In this document: in pieces, positions 1 through 13,709 of the stretch
Numbering within the stretch: position 1 is the stretch's first letter
Layout: each line of letters opens with the position of its first letter
Assembly (NCBI GenBank): GCA_051294375.1
Contig: CM119271.1
Coordinates: 10,259,225-10,323,224, forward strand
Reading direction: 5' to 3'
Length of the DNA: 64,000 nucleotides
Origin: Paraspadella gotoi
Taxonomy: Eukaryota > Animalia > Chaetognatha
Position numbers and translations under genes: made by a program
The notes under the pieces: model-generated
Databases searched by the model: none
Seen by the model: only the letters and a program-made list of their open reading frames with translations
What the model was told of the DNA's origin: nothing

Positions 1-80
1 CACCTCCCTTCTTTATAGCCTTTCCTCTTCACCAGTTCCGAGAATGGAGGCGGAGGCACTTACCCTCTCTTTAGCCTTAC

Positions 81-221
81 CTCTTCACCAGTTCCGAGCG
101 TGGAGGAGGAGGCATAGCGGCGGCGTTCTTGCCGAATTCTCTCCGTTTCGCGCTTCTTGGTTTCGGAGAATTGGGTCGCAATGACGACCAGGCAGAGGTT
201 TATCATGAAGAATGCACCGAT
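81..221 (-). CDS. Cav3: Cav3 T-type calcium channel exon: IS6 and start of I-II linker (gating brake)
   Basis: 141 nt, CAG acceptor, GTAAG donor, phase 0/0. Encodes [47 protein letters not shown], the hallmark Cav3 [19 protein letters not shown] motif. Confidence 0.96.
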
Positions 222-1509
222 CTGGTTGAGAGAAAAATGAGAGGGAGGGTGAGGGTCTGTCTGTCNNNNNNNNNNNNNNNNNNNNNNNNNNNNNNNNNNN
301 NNNNNNNNNNNNNNNNNNNNNNNNNNNNNNNNNNNNNNNNNNNNNNNNNNNNNNNNNNNNNNNNNNNNNNNNNNNNNNNNNNNNNNNNNNNNNNNNNNNN
401 NNNNNNNNNCCAGGCAGAGGTCTATCATGAAGAATGATATAATTTCTTTCTTTTTTATTTCTTATTTTGTTGTCTTTCTTCACATCTTTCTTTCTTTTTT
501 TCTTTCTTTCTTTCTTCATTTCTTTCTATATTTTTTTCTTCATTTCTTTCTTTCTTTTTTTCTTTCTTTCTCGCTCTTTGCTTTCTCCCTTTTTTATTTT
601 CTCTCTTACTTTGTTATCTTTATTTCTTTCCATCTATTTCCCGTTTTTTTATTCATTTCTCAATCTCTCTCCCTCTTCTTGCAGCAGTATTAATTTTTCC
701 CTCATAAATTTTTTAAAAAAAGTTCGTGATCTGGAAAATAAATTTATAAATTCAGATTCTTCCCTGTGAACAAAAAAATAGCAACGAAAGTTTTTTTTGA
801 TTGGCTCGCGAAATGAAAATCGTGCTTCTCAAGCAATGCAAGCACAACTTAACAAGCTTTCTTCCGCTGTCACGGGTTGTTTTTTTTTTTAAGTTGTAAA
901 TATATTAAATTATGTCTCGTGTGAATAGGTTTTTTTTCTTTTAGTGTTTTGTGAAACTTTAACGTGAACTCGGTCGTGATTGGGTTTCACTCGTTAACGA
1001 AAATCTCGCAATCTCGGAATCTCAATTTGGGCAAATTAGTCTTTTCATTCGGAGGGAAATTTTGGGTGGGGATTTAGAAAAATATTGACAGAANNNNNNN
1101 NNNNNNNNNNNNNNNNNNNNNNNNNNNNNNNNNNNNNNNNNNNNNNNNNNNNNNNNNNNNNNNNNNNNNNNNNNNNNNNNNNNNNNNNNNNNNNNNNNNN
1201 NNNNNNNNNNNNNNNNNNNNNNNNNNNNNNNNNNNNNNNNNNNNNNNNNNNNNNNNNNNNNNNNNNNNNNNNNNNNNNNNNNNNNNNNNNNNNNNNNNNN
1301 NNNNNNNNNNNNNNNNNNNNNNNNNNNNNNNNNNNNNNNNNNNNNNNNNNNNNNNNNNNNNNNNNNNNNNNNNNNNNNNNNNNTTTTCTCGAAAATGAGC
1401 TCTTTTTCAATTTCTGGGCTAAGAAGCAATTTGGGATTTCTTGGATTTGGGATGGCTTGTTTCTTTCTTTCTTTCTTTCTTTCTTTCTTTTTTTCTTTTT
1501 TTCTTTTTT

Positions 1510-1564
<55 letters not shown>

Positions 1565-1969
1565 ATATCTCTTTGATTTTCTTTATTCATTTTTTTATCT
1601 TATTTTTTTCCTTTCTTTTTCTTTTTCCACATTTTTTCTTTCTTTCTTTCTTTTTTTCTCTCTTGTCTTGAAATTTGACTCAAACACCATTTTCCCGCCA
1701 GGGATCAAACCGGGGCATCTAATGACAACAAAAAATCGGTTGAAAAACGTGACGAGACTCAGAGAATGCTTGCTTGCTTCTCTGATTGCTTTCTCGCCTG
1801 CTTGTCTGAACTAGTTAAAAAAATTTATTTTACTTTTATAGGGAATTTAAATCAGAATTTAAAAAAATTCAGTGATTAAATTCATACATCAATTTGATCA
1901 CGATATAAAATAAACAATAAAATAATATTTCTCCAAAAAATCATTATTCATTAATCAGTCGATGACTCG

Positions 1970-2006
<37 letters not shown>

Positions 2007-3185
2007 GATTAATGAACGGACGGAACAATATGAAACGAACTTTGAATGACGCGAGGAAAAGTGGATAACAATAAAAGGAATAAAAAAAAACAAGGGATAG
2101 GTCGGCTACAAACGTTGACTTTGAATTCTTTGTTTTTTCTCCTCCTTTGTTTTTTTTTCTCCTCCTATTGTTTTCTCCTTTTTTCCATCTGTTCTTTTCT
2201 CTTAGTCTCCTGTGTTTTCTTTATTTTATTTTTTGTATTATTAGTATTTTATTTCTCTTTTTCTTTTTAGTTGCGCCGCGAGTACTCACTTTTCGGTCTC
2301 TCTGTCGGTCGGTATGTCTGTCCCTCGGTTTGTCCCACTTTCATTAGAAATACATATAATTCGCCTATAGTTGGTTGCTCATTTGTTAAGACAGGAAAAA
2401 ACCTCAAATCTAAGGGACTGCTAGCGCCGCCCTCAGGAAATCCTAAGGATTAAAAGACAGAATTTGGATGCAGTGCGTATCATAAGGGCTGAGAAAGTTT
2501 TTTAGTCATGTCATATCATGTCATGTCATATATTGTGATCAAATGGAAATACACGTGAAAATAAAGTCACTGCGGCGCAAATCATTGGAATCACCGTTCT
2601 TGTCTTTGTTATTTTTTTTGTCTCCCATTTTTACTTTTACTTTCTCTTGTATCGCTTTCATTCTCTTTCCTCTCNNNNNNNNNNNNNNNNNNNNNNNNNT
2701 CTTTCTTCTCTTTTTTCCTCTCTCTCTCTCTCATCGCTCTCTCTCTCTCGTCTCTCTCAGTCTCTCTCGTCTCTCTTCTCTCTCCTTTTACTTGTCTCTC
2801 TCTCAATTCTCCTCGCGTCGGTTTTCCTCGTCTCGTATCGGATTTAACTTTTTAAACCGTTGAATAAACTCCACTTTGCATAGATTACTGAGAAATCGTA
2901 ACTCCGCCTCTTTTCGCGGTGTTTTTTTTCTGAAAACAGAAAAAAAATCCAAACCGAGGCAAAAAAAACAAACAAAAAAAAACAACAACATCAATTTCTT
3001 TCCCTTAGAAAATTGCCAAAGCTGCCTTTTGGTTCAGCTAACGCGCTTTTTTTTTTCTCGTCGGAGATGGCGCGCAAGGTTCTCTTGCTGCATTTGTCGG
3101 ACAAAAAAGAAAAAAAAATGACAATTAACTCCCAGTTAATGGATTATAGAGAAGTAGGAAATTCCCCTTTCCCCGTCAACCTTAC

Positions 3186-3290
3186 TGATGATTTAGTAAG
3201 ACAAAGTAAATTCCAATCCCAAAAGGACGAGTGCGCAGGCAATCCTGGACGTAGTACCATAAATATCAGTCCACCCTTCGAGGCTATGAC
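3186..3290 (-). CDS. Cav3: Cav3 domain I selectivity-filter exon, copy A (indel-ridden duplicate of 17502-17594)
   Basis: Aligns to 17502-17594 with multiple small indels; splice sites retained. Confidence 0.8.
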
Positions 3291-3534
3291 CTGCAGGAAA
3301 TTAATCATTCTATTTTTTTTTTTTTTTTAACACACATTGTTTAAAAATGAAAATAAAAGAACAGCCCGTCGGAAAAAAATCCCGACGAGGCCTGAAAAAG
3401 ATTGAAAGGAGAAGCGTTGGTGGTGAATCGAATTATTCTTTAAATATCTTTATTCAATTCGGTTATTCTTAAGCGACATAAAATGATCTAAACTGCGTTT
3501 ACATTACAATGACATGGAACATTTTACAAATTAC

Positions 3535-3623
3535 CTGGAAAATGCGGGACCCACGCTAATCCGATTGTTGTCAAAGGAAATCGCTCTCCTTGAAAGGGAA
3601 TTCTTTTGACCCAGGCTTACACT
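3535..3623 (-). CDS. Cav3: Cav3 domain I pore-helix exon, copy A (duplicate of 17818-17900)
   Basis: [22 protein letters not shown] recognisable through indels; CAG/GT retained. Confidence 0.8.
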
Positions 3624-3630
3624 CTGCCGT

Positions 3631-3663
<33 letters not shown>

Positions 3664-3738
3664 ATACGATTGAATTAATATTTAAATCATATTTAAAAAT
3701 TGATACTTACACATAAACGCTAACGCCGCCAGATTTAC

Positions 3739-3855
3739 CTGTATAATACTGATTCCATTAACACATGATTCGTTCTAAGGTTACTAGCGTTATAAATTGA
3801 CTTCATAGGGAATTGCGTGTTTCGTTGGCAAGAATTGGCCATCAAATGCTTCAGG
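3739..3855 (-). CDS. Cav3: Cav3 domain I turret exon, copy A (duplicate of 18019-18131)
   Basis: Aligns to the CVNWNQYYT exon with indels. Confidence 0.78.
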
Positions 3856-5359
3856 CTTGTTTGGGGGACTTTGTGAAGGGGGAGAGAGAGAGGGGGAGGA
3901 AGGAGAAAAGAGAGGAGGAAAGGGAGGATAGAGAAAGGAGAAGGGGAAGGGAAAAGGCGGGAAGGGAAAGCAGGGAAGCGGAAGCGGGAAGGGGGGAATA
4001 AGAAGCGGGAAGGGAAAGAGGGACAGGAATAGAAGGGAAAGGGGGGAATAGGAAGGGGAAATAGGGAGGAGATGGGGGAAAAGAGATACGGACGGGGATG
4101 GGAAGGGGGATAAGAAGGGAGGGATAGGGGGAATGAAAAGAGGAAAAGGGGGAATAAGAAGGGGAAGGGAAAGAGAGAGAGGAAGGGAAGAGAGAGGGAC
4201 GCGGGAAGGGATAAAGAAAGCAGGGAAAGGGGAAAAACCGAATGAGGAAGGGGATTAGAAAGAGAATAATATAAGGAATATTTAAATAGAGAAGAAATAA
4301 TAACAACGGAAGAAAAATACCAAATATAGTTTTTGAAAGAGAAAACTTTCGATTATAAACAGAAGAATGACATCTACAATGTAAGTATTTCAGATCAAAA
4401 AGCTTCATACAACAAAAAAACCAATGTAAAATTGTTTGCATATTTAATTATTATATATATTTATTGCTTATTCTTTATTATCTTTCTTAGACTTGGTCTT
4501 GATGTTTTAAATTGCACTTGTTGTATAAATTAAAGTATATTAGTTATATTATTTTATTTTATATTTATATTTTTTTTTTTATTTTATTTAATTTAATGCG
4601 CTGTGTAGTTTTTGCGCTTGTTGTATTAAAATTAAATCGGATATATTTAGTGTATGTAGGGAAAGCACTAGGGAACAAAATATTTTATTTGAGTGATCAA
4701 AAACAAGATATTTAGACGTGAGATAGTATGATTAAGAGAGTACAAAAAAATATTTTTGCTTATTTGTTGTGGGGAACAGTATCATTAGATTAAATATATT
4801 TATAGTAATATTCTATAAATCATAAATTTTCAAAAATATTTTAGAAAAAAATTTTTATAAAGATTCTGATTCTTCATAATAAAGTTAGATCAAAAATATA
4901 AAATATTTTATTAAAAATTTTCAATGTCTCAGATCACAAAGAGATGGAAGAAAAAAGGCAAAAATATCTCTACTTTTTAAATACTTTGCAATAGAAACTT
5001 AATATGATGAAACGTTTGGTCATTTTTCGCCAGCTGTAACCTGTAAGAAATATTCATGTAACATATTTGTACAAAAAAGTTTTACAGTTTTTTTGCCGGC
5101 GAAATCCAAAAACTGTTCTTAAATATAAAAAATATGATTTTAAAATTTTATGATTTTACTAAGTATATTACTATAAAGAAAATTCAATTAATGAATATCT
5201 GTTATGCGAATTTTTTTTTTTAAAAAGGGCTTAAGTTATTTTATATTACATATACCAAAGGCAGCAAAAAAACATTGTCTCTATTCGCTCAAGTCTTTTC
5301 ATCCACTTCACCCTACTGGGTATAGAATAAGATATTACATCATTCAGTATATAACTTAC

Positions 5360-5515
5360 GGTGGTGTATGCTGAGCACGTTTGCATCCAGCTTCGATTTT
5401 GTTTTCCGCAGATAAATCGCCCGCTGGTTCTTGTGTCGAGTGTAGTAGAGGGAAGGTCACGGAATTTGTGTCCATGAGATTTGAAAAGGTAAGTTAAGGA
5501 CTCGACCAATGGGCT
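5360..5515 (-). CDS. Cav3: Cav3 domain I turret exon, copy A (duplicate of 19533-19684)
   Basis: FICGK..MQTCSA visible in ORF 5246..5509; aligns to copy B. Confidence 0.75.
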
Positions 5516-5933
5516 CTATTTCCCAAAAGCGCGCCCGATTTCTGAACCTAGATTTTATTTATAATATGAATTGGTACAAACCAATATAAATTTAATATAA
5601 ATAATATATTTAATCTAATCTGTTCTAAACTCGTAAATTCAAGTAACTAACATCGTGACATAAATCATTGACTCTAAACATGAAGCCCCTCGAAGCTCAT
5701 TGTTAATCTTAAAATGTATGCAGACTTAATAACATGCTTAATAGTATTCCTAACCAATCGCTGTATTTAACAAATCTGTATGAATCTAAGTCACTAAATC
5801 CATCGCATCAGTTTACTCGTCCCCGTCCGATAGAGGGCCTAACATCCCTTCAACACCTCTCAACGACCGCCTCGAACAGCCCCTCCCACTTCTGCCCCAC
5901 CTCTTCCACACCCCACCCCGCGTAATAACTCAC

Positions 5934-6109
5934 CCCAGTAAATCGCCGATTGCGTTTAGGAAGCATTCTGTTTCTCAAGAGACGTCCCGCCCACAGCTTG
6001 AACGCCGACGATGCCGAATAATATGAATGAAGACGAAGAACACAGTAGCCAAAACGTTTCCAGCATCGCCAGCGTGTCAAGCAGCATTATCAACCAAAAT
6101 GCGCATTGC
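5934..6109 (-). CDS. Cav3: Cav3 domain I S4-S5 linker and S5 exon, copy A
   Basis: Reads MRILV.MLLDTL.ML.NV...[17 protein letters not shown] through indels; GTGAG donor; acceptor position approximate. Confidence 0.82.
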
Positions 6110-6241
6110 CTTGCGATGGCGGGGAGGGGGGTGGGTGGTGGGGGAGTGGAGAGGAGGTCAAAGGACGTGATGCGAGAAGAAGGGAAAGGGGCGAGGGGGA
6201 AGACGATCGTTATTAGAGAGAAAGGGAGAGAGAGAGAGGAG

Positions 6242-6272
<31 letters not shown>

Positions 6273-6686
6273 GCCGGGAAAGTCAAAATGAGAGCAAAGG
6301 AAGTGAGAGAGGGAGACATGAAGGGCAAAAGTCGACCAAGTTAAATGGAGGCAGGGAGAAAAAAGTCGTTTGTTATAAGAAGACGCGGTGTAAATTAATT
6401 GTCTAAATATCTGATTAACTTTTTATTCAGATTATATCAGCTACACCTTAGTATTGAGTATAACGTCATTAAGAGTTTGTCCGTACACTAGGTGAGTCTG
6501 TGAACGATATTGACATTCACTCGTTGAAATAGTCGCTAAAATTCTCGTTTCGGGTCATTTTCTATAAATCATTAGAAAAAAATACGTATCGACGATTATA
6601 TTTCCACAAAAAGTATTTCGCTTAACCAATAATTTGCTAGGTTATATCTCTTACTTACTTTTTCATTTGCCAAATTTAGTCACACC

Positions 6687-6793
6687 TTGTTATTCTATTT
6701 ATAAGCTCTCAGCAGCGGACCGAAGAACACGAATCGTTCGAAATCGCGGAGAATGTTGACGTCTCCACCGTCGACGTGCAATATTCGAACACG
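6687..6793 (-). CDS. Cav3: Cav3 domain I S3-S4 (voltage sensor) exon; only visible copy (copy B falls in the N gap 20682-21439)
   Basis: TTTCCAG acceptor, phase 2 matching the upstream exon. Reads approximately [31 protein letters not shown] after removing single-base insertions; donor approximate. Confidence 0.8.
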
Positions 6794-8048
6794 CTGGAAA
6801 AGGAAATTTAAAACGAAAACAGTCAACAAAAAAAACAAAAAAAAAAAACAAACACAAATATATGAACAGACGATTTCCAAAACATAGAGAAGAAAATACA
6901 GTCGTACTTTTCCTGCTTCTTTTTTACGAGTTGTATAATTTTTCTCGTTTCCCTCGACAGGTTGATAGAGTTGGAGCATAAACAAAGCATAATGGGCAGA
7001 GAGAGAGAGAGAGAGAGAGAGCAGAGAAGACGAGACCAGAGGATGAGAGAGAGAGAGAGCAGAGAGAGAGAGAGAAGAGAGAGCAGAGAGAGAGAGAAGA
7101 GAAGAAAGAGGCGTTGAGGAATACATTTGAAAATTCTGCACGTAAGTGTGAGAAAAACAAATAAGAATTCATTATCAAATGTTGATTTCAATAACGATCA
7201 TCGGGACGCCGCCGAGAGGAGAAAGTCATTTTTTCTTTAATTTATTTCATTTGTTTCAATTTTTTTATTAAGTTATAAATTTTTTTTTTTATTTTTTAAT
7301 TCATTTTTTTTATGATTTTGATTTGTTGAAAACTTTTAAAATTAGTTTTTAATAGCCGGATTATTTTTTTATTTAATGCATTAAGTCGGTTATACTTAGG
7401 CTTAATTTATATTTCCCTTTGTATTCATTTATCTATTTTATCTACATATAATAGTAAATATATATCTCTATATTTCCATAAATTATTTTATTCTCTATCC
7501 ATTCATACAATTCCCATCAATCTAAATTAATTGTTTATATCTGCAATTTTTTATAACTATTAATAGGGGGGGGGGGGGTTGATTATTTTTATAGTTAATG
7601 TTATTTTCATGCTGTTGATATTTCATTTCATGTTTCAATTCATCATTCATTCAACAAAGAATATTCATTTCTTTTTTCAATTTTTATTCATTCATTAAAC
7701 GAAGATATTCATTCCTTTTTTTCATTCATTCATTCATTCATTCAAACGAAGATATTCATTTCATTTTTCAATTTATTCATTCCCTTCAAAACGAAGATTA
7801 TTCAATTTCAATTATTTCAATTCATTCAATTCAATTCAAACGAAGATATTCATGTCAATTTTTTTCAATTCATTCATTCATTCCTTCAAACGAAGTATTA
7901 TTCATTCATTTTTTTTCAATTCATGTCATTCATTCAAACGAAGATATACATTCATTTTTTCGATCCTTCGTTCGTTCAAACGAAGATATGTCATTCATTT
8001 TTTTCAATTCATTTCAATCATTCAAACGAAGTCCGTCCGCGACTCCAC

Positions 8049-8196
8049 GAGGCCATGACGATGAAGCAGTCGAGCCGGTTCCACGTGTCCGAGAAGGTAA
8101 GTTTGTTCTTCCCGTAAATCCCATAGCGAACGATTTTGATTAAATTTCAATGAGGAAGAAAAGGGAGATCAACTGGTCGCAATCATTTCTTAACAC
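8049..8196 (-). CDS. Cav3: Cav3 domain I S2-S3 exon, copy A (duplicate of 21745-21887)
   Basis: DTWNRLDCFIVMA intact; remainder has indels. Confidence 0.8.
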
Positions 8197-8896
8197 AGCT
8201 TTGAACGGATAGAGAAAGGGGAATACGAAAAGGGGGATAGAATGAAAGACAGAATTTTTGCAAATGAGTTTCCGAGGCGAGAAAGGTAAAGTTGAAGTTT
8301 ACTTTATCGCGAGAAGTGCCCCGTTTCTGTTTCGTTTATCTGAGAATTTCATTTTAATTCTTAATATTTAATATGATATTAAATATACAAATATTTATAA
8401 TAATAATAAATATATATAATAATAGTTAATTTTAATTCTAGAATAAAAATCATTGTTACTATTTAATAAAATCTTTATAATATAATAGTATAATATATAA
8501 TATAATATAATAACCTTATCTTTAACGCTTAACCCTAAAATCCATATCCGATTTTTCTTAATTTTTAACGCCTACCTCTACCCTAAACACGTCATCCCTA
8601 ACCAAAATCCCTAATCTATAACCTCTAACGCTAATCTTTAACTAAATAAAATTTAACTCTAACTCCTCATTTAAGATGAAATGGGGCATTCTGGGAAAAA
8701 TAAAGCCAAAAAGAGGGAGGGGTTTGGGGGAGTTGTAAGAGCAAAACAATTAAGATTGAGGACAAATGGGAAAGGAGGAGAACGATTAAAAAAGGAACAG
8801 CGCTCCTCCTCGCTCCTCCTCCTCCTAAACTCCTCTTTCTCGCTCCTCCTCACTTTTTTTAACATCGACAAAGAAAAACATTGCGTCCTAGGTTAC

Positions 8897-9006
8897 CTGG
8901 CAACGGCGTTTTGTAAACATTCTCGTCGACGCACGGGACAGTGTAGCTGCCCAGCGTGACGGCAGTTCAAACAGAATTACGGACATTGAAATCCGCTCGA
9001 ACCGAC
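8897..9006 (-). CDS. Cav3: Cav3 domain I S1 exon, copy A (duplicate of 22553-22655)
   Basis: Aligns to the WFERISM exon; same AC acceptor and TTTTCCTTAAC branch point. Confidence 0.8.
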
Positions 9007-9378
9007 GTGGAGAGGACGAGGAAGGAACGAAGACGAGGTTAAGGAAAACTCGTGCTGCTTTTTTTTTTTAATTAGGTTCATTTTCCAAGATGGCGGCGTC
9101 CAGCATGCCATTCGATTCGCAAACGTTATTTCATCAGCATTCATAAGAAAATTTGATATATCATTTCACTCAACACATGCAGCAATCGACACGATAGTTT
9201 CATCAATTTATCACAGTCGATATAATTTAATACAAGCAACCGTCTCATTTTTCACACGATAATTATCTTTTCTTCAGCATTCAATGTCACTTTTCCAAAA
9301 TAAAAGGGAAAAAACCTTTTTAATCGAGAACGATCGCAAGCTTCCGATCTCTGCTCTCTCTCTCTCTCTCTCCTCCTC

Positions 9379-9417
<39 letters not shown>

Positions 9418-12400
9418 CCTCCCTTTAAATCCGCACAGCTACTACAGAAAACATGAATAATTTCAGTCCTGCAATCTTATTTTTGAGTTTATTAATAAAA
9501 CGACAAATCGTCACAATCTTTTTTCGCTTTTGAAGTTTTTTCGCATTTAATTAAAGGAAGGTTTTTTTGTATTTGAAGTGGGAAATTGTCATTCAAATTC
9601 GGAATTTATTCGGCTATGATAATTTCTTTCCCGTTTTATGTGTTTCTTTCTCTTTCTCGTCTCTCTTCTCTTCATCTTCTCTGCTCGTCTCTCTCTCTCA
9701 TCTCTCTTCTCTCTCTCTCTCTCTTCATCTCTCTCTCATTCAATTTGTTTTTTTTCCGTATATATACATCCCCATCACGTCTACAACTTAATTGATATTT
9801 AATTAAAAGTAACGATGTTAAACAAGAAATATGCGACAATAACTCTGAATAATTTCATTCCGCTAAAAATAAAAGTTTTGAGCATAACAATGGTCGGATC
9901 TGCCCACTGAATAATAATTATCGGTAGTAATTATTAATTAATTAATAATAATTAATTAATAATTATTAATTTCAAAGTTAATTAATTTATTAGGCAATTA
10001 ATTAATTAGGCAATAAATTAATTTAAGGCAATTCATTAATTAATTTGATCTGCTGATAAGCAGATCCGACTAAAAAGACAATAAAAATATATTTAAACAG
10101 ACAAACAAAAATATTTTTAAAAAGACTGACAAAACGTCGATTTTTTTTTTAAAAAAGTCCTGGATCATCAATCTTTTGTTTCTTAAAATTAGAGTCGCTT
10201 TAAAAAGGTTTTTTTAGACAACCTTTCTCCTTTTTTTCTGTCTCTCTCCTCTCTCAGTTCGTTGCTTCTCTCTCTCTTCTCTCTCTTTCTCCGGCCATTT
10301 ACATTTTTTTTCAAGCTTTTTAGTCGCTTCTCGACGAGACTATAAGAACGCTCTACTGAGAATTAATGTTATTTGAACTAAGCTTAGAAAATAAAAGTGT
10401 TAGCATATATAGGTTTCAATCGTCTGAATCCATACCGTTTTCGTCCTGCGAATAAGAAAGAAGGAAATAGGAAGAAGGAAAAGGAGGAAGAGGATGCAGC
10501 AGCCGCAAGGAACATCATCAGGCAGGAAAATTCAGCAGCAGGAATAATAGAAAAGAAAAGGTATAAGCTGATTTTATACACGAAATCGTCAATTCCTTCC
10601 TTTTTTTCCTTTTTCCCTCTTTCCTTTTATTTCATTTTTCCTTAAAACTACGTGCTTTTCCTCTTTTCAATTTTTTTTCTCCCGTACACAAAGAGCGAGC
10701 AGCGAAGGAAATTATTTTTGACGATGGGAAAACGTGGATTTTTCCCCTCGAGGGACGTACGCTCCGCAAGTCGGCAGGCCCGCTGCGCGGTCGGCGCTGC
10801 GCGGTCGGCGCTGCGCGTCGGCGCTGCGCGGTCGGCGCTGTCGCACGTCCGTCACTTTGCAGTTCGATCGAAAGTAGCTCGCTGATGAAAATCGCTTTCC
10901 CCTTTTTTATTTCTTCTTGCGCAGCCCATGCACCGCGCCGGTCGAACACAACTCTCCCAGCCAATCAATTTTTTCCCCAACTTGATTTAAATCAGAGATT
11001 AATTTTCACAATTTCAAATTTTGAGGAATCAATGAAGGCCCAATCCGACGCAACATCACGAAGCGACATTCCGATGACAAAGGAAGCCCCGCCTCTCCCA
11101 TTAATCTTTCACTTTAACAAAAAATAAAACAAATCCACAACCACAAACTAGTTACCCATCATTCTCTTCTCTCTCAATTGGTCCTTTTTCTTCATCTTCC
11201 TAATAGCCAATGAAATTTTTTTTTCTCGTCTCCGGATCTGGCTCAAATAAAAAAAATTCCCCTCTCTCTCAAGTGACGGTCTTTTTCTTTTCTTTTCTTT
11301 TTTCTTTTCTTTTTCTTTTTCTTTCTTTTTCTTTTCTTTTTCTTTTCTTTTCCTTTTCGTTTTCTTTTCCTTTTTTTGGCGCGCAAGAGCAATCTCGCTT
11401 TTCCTTTCTATCTATATTGAGTGTTTTTTTTACATTAGTCTACCATTTTTAGAATCGAACGATCTGAGGACTAAATGAATTACTTTTGTCTGTGTCTCTG
11501 TCCGTTTACTTTTTGATTGGTCTGTCTGTCCGTGCCGGTGTCTGTCCTCGCTCCGGCCATTTGAGCAGATCAAGTTTCCAAATTTGGGTTGGCGAGTCGC
11601 CAAGTAAAAATATTTTAAGTGCCGCGTGGATCATTGGGTACTAGTTTGCATCTCTCTCCGCTCTCTCCTCTTCTTTCAAAAATTACTCAGGCGAGAGGAG
11701 AGGGAGAGTGAGGAGAGAGTAGAGGGAGAGAGAGAGAAGAAGGAAAAAAGAAAGCGGGAGAGAAGAGAGTAGAGAGAGAGAGAGAAGAGAGCTCAAAAAG
11801 GGATAAAAAAAAAAATTTTAAAAGAAGGTAAAGAGTAGAAAGATTTGTCAAAGAAAGGGTTGAGCGCATGCGTCGTGAGAAAGAAATTGGCCAAGAAGGA
11901 ACTTAGAAAAGTGAAAAGAGAGAGAGAAAGAGAGAGACAGAGGAGAAAAAACTGTAATTGCGAATTTTACTGGTTGCCTGCCTGATAAACAGTCTCAGTG
12001 CTCAGCCGCATTACTTTGCACGATCGAAGGAAAACCAGAGGAAAACAAGAGAGAAGCGAAAAAAGGAGAGAGAGGGGAGGCGAGGGAGGAAAGGGAGAGA
12101 TGGAGGGAGGGAGGGAGGAACGGAGGAAGGGGGGAAGGAGGAAAGGAAAGAGATGGGGGGAGGGAGGGAGGGGGAAAATGCGAGAGGGAGAGGAAAGGGG
12201 GAAGAAAGGAGTAGGAGGTGAGAGGGAAGAAGGTTTGAAAAGGAGGAGATGGAGGGCAAGGGAAGAAGGGGAGAGGGGAGGTAGCGGGAAAGGAAAAGAG
12301 AGAGAGATAACTAGAAGTGGGAAAGAAAAATTTGTAGGATAGGGAGAAAAAAAAGATGGCAGAGAGAAAGAGAGCAGCAATTGAGAGGAGGAGAAAAGGA

Positions 12401-13709
12401 AGAAACAAGAGAGAGAGAGTTTTAAGCGACTAACAAGAGGCTAAAAGAGAGAGAGTGGGAGGCGTTAGAGAGGAGGTATAGGAGAGGAGCGGCCGAGTCT
12501 AAGAGGGAGAACCGAAGATTTGGAAGGAACAATGATTGGATGACGGCCTCGCATTTTTTAAATAATGTTTGAGAGAGAGAGAGAGAGAGAGAGAAGATAG
12601 AGAAGAAGAGAGAAGGAGAGAGAGAGAGAGAGAAGAGGAGAGAGGAGAGAGAGGAGGGGAGGAGAGAGTAGAGATTTAGAGGAGAGAGAGAGGTTTTTCT
12701 TCCGCGTCGAAGGTTGGTGTCGCCCGAAGTGATCGACGTTTCTTTCTCTTCCTCCTTCTCCTCCCCTCTTCTCCTTACTCCTCCTCTTCCTCCTCTCCCT
12801 TCTCTTGAGGAGGCGGGCGTCGGGGTGAGTCTTTGACCGCCGATGGGTAAGTTTTTTTTTTTTTTTCGAGGGTGGGGTGAGTTTAATTGGAATTCGAGAG
12901 GTGAGGGTTGAGGTGAGGCGAGGATTAAAGATTAAGGGGAGCGAAATCAGAATTTAAAGGGACTCTGATATCGCAAAGATTTGATTGGACGAGGAAAGGA
13001 TTAAAAATAACAAATATTGAAAGTATTGGGCTTATTAAAAATGAAATGAAATGAAATGAGTACAACAATCAAGAATTATATATTATATAGGTACAACATT
13101 GAACATCTATTATTAAATATGAAAATAATTCCTAAAATCCTAAATAATTATAATAATCTATTAAAAATGTACGCTCAAAATGTCAGAATTTCTCTTTTGT
13201 GGCCAAAATTTCCAGTGAATACATCGTCCGCGTTTCTCTAATCATCGTCCGTTCCTTAAATCCACTCGTCAAGAAATGTCGCAGATTTTTGGACGATAAA
13301 AAAAAGGGTCACATTAATAATTTCGGACGACGGAGAAGGAAAAAAGGGACAGGAAGGAAAAAGGAAAAAAGGGAAAAAGGAAAAAAAAATGGCCATGAGT
13401 TTAGGAGATAAATTGGGTCATGCCTCTTGAGTTCCCGAGTCTTGTGCCAATGATACGGGCGGAGGCCGACTGGACGAATTAAAAAGTTTAACTTTAATGT
13501 ATTAATTTATACTTATTATCTTATTATGATATTTAAAACGAACTAGGTACTTCGCGCTGGCTAGGTGAGACATACTTCAAGCGAACACTAGCTTTCGTAG
13601 CAACGTGGAAACGAACTGTAATCTTAATTTTTCTGTTTCAAGTATCTTCGCATCTACAGTGGTCCTCCGTTTCAAATCTTCTCGCCGGCTCTAATAGTTT
13701 TCGCGATAT

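Noticed and set aside
3186-9006. Calling copy A exons a true pseudogene
   Set aside because: Indels are equally dense in exons and introns and look like long-read error; real inactivation cannot be inferred.
10868-10895. CGAAAGTAGCTCGCTGATGA as a type II hammerhead (also ~27793-27815)
   Set aside because: No room for stem I between the putative cleavage site and CTGATGA; stems do not form.
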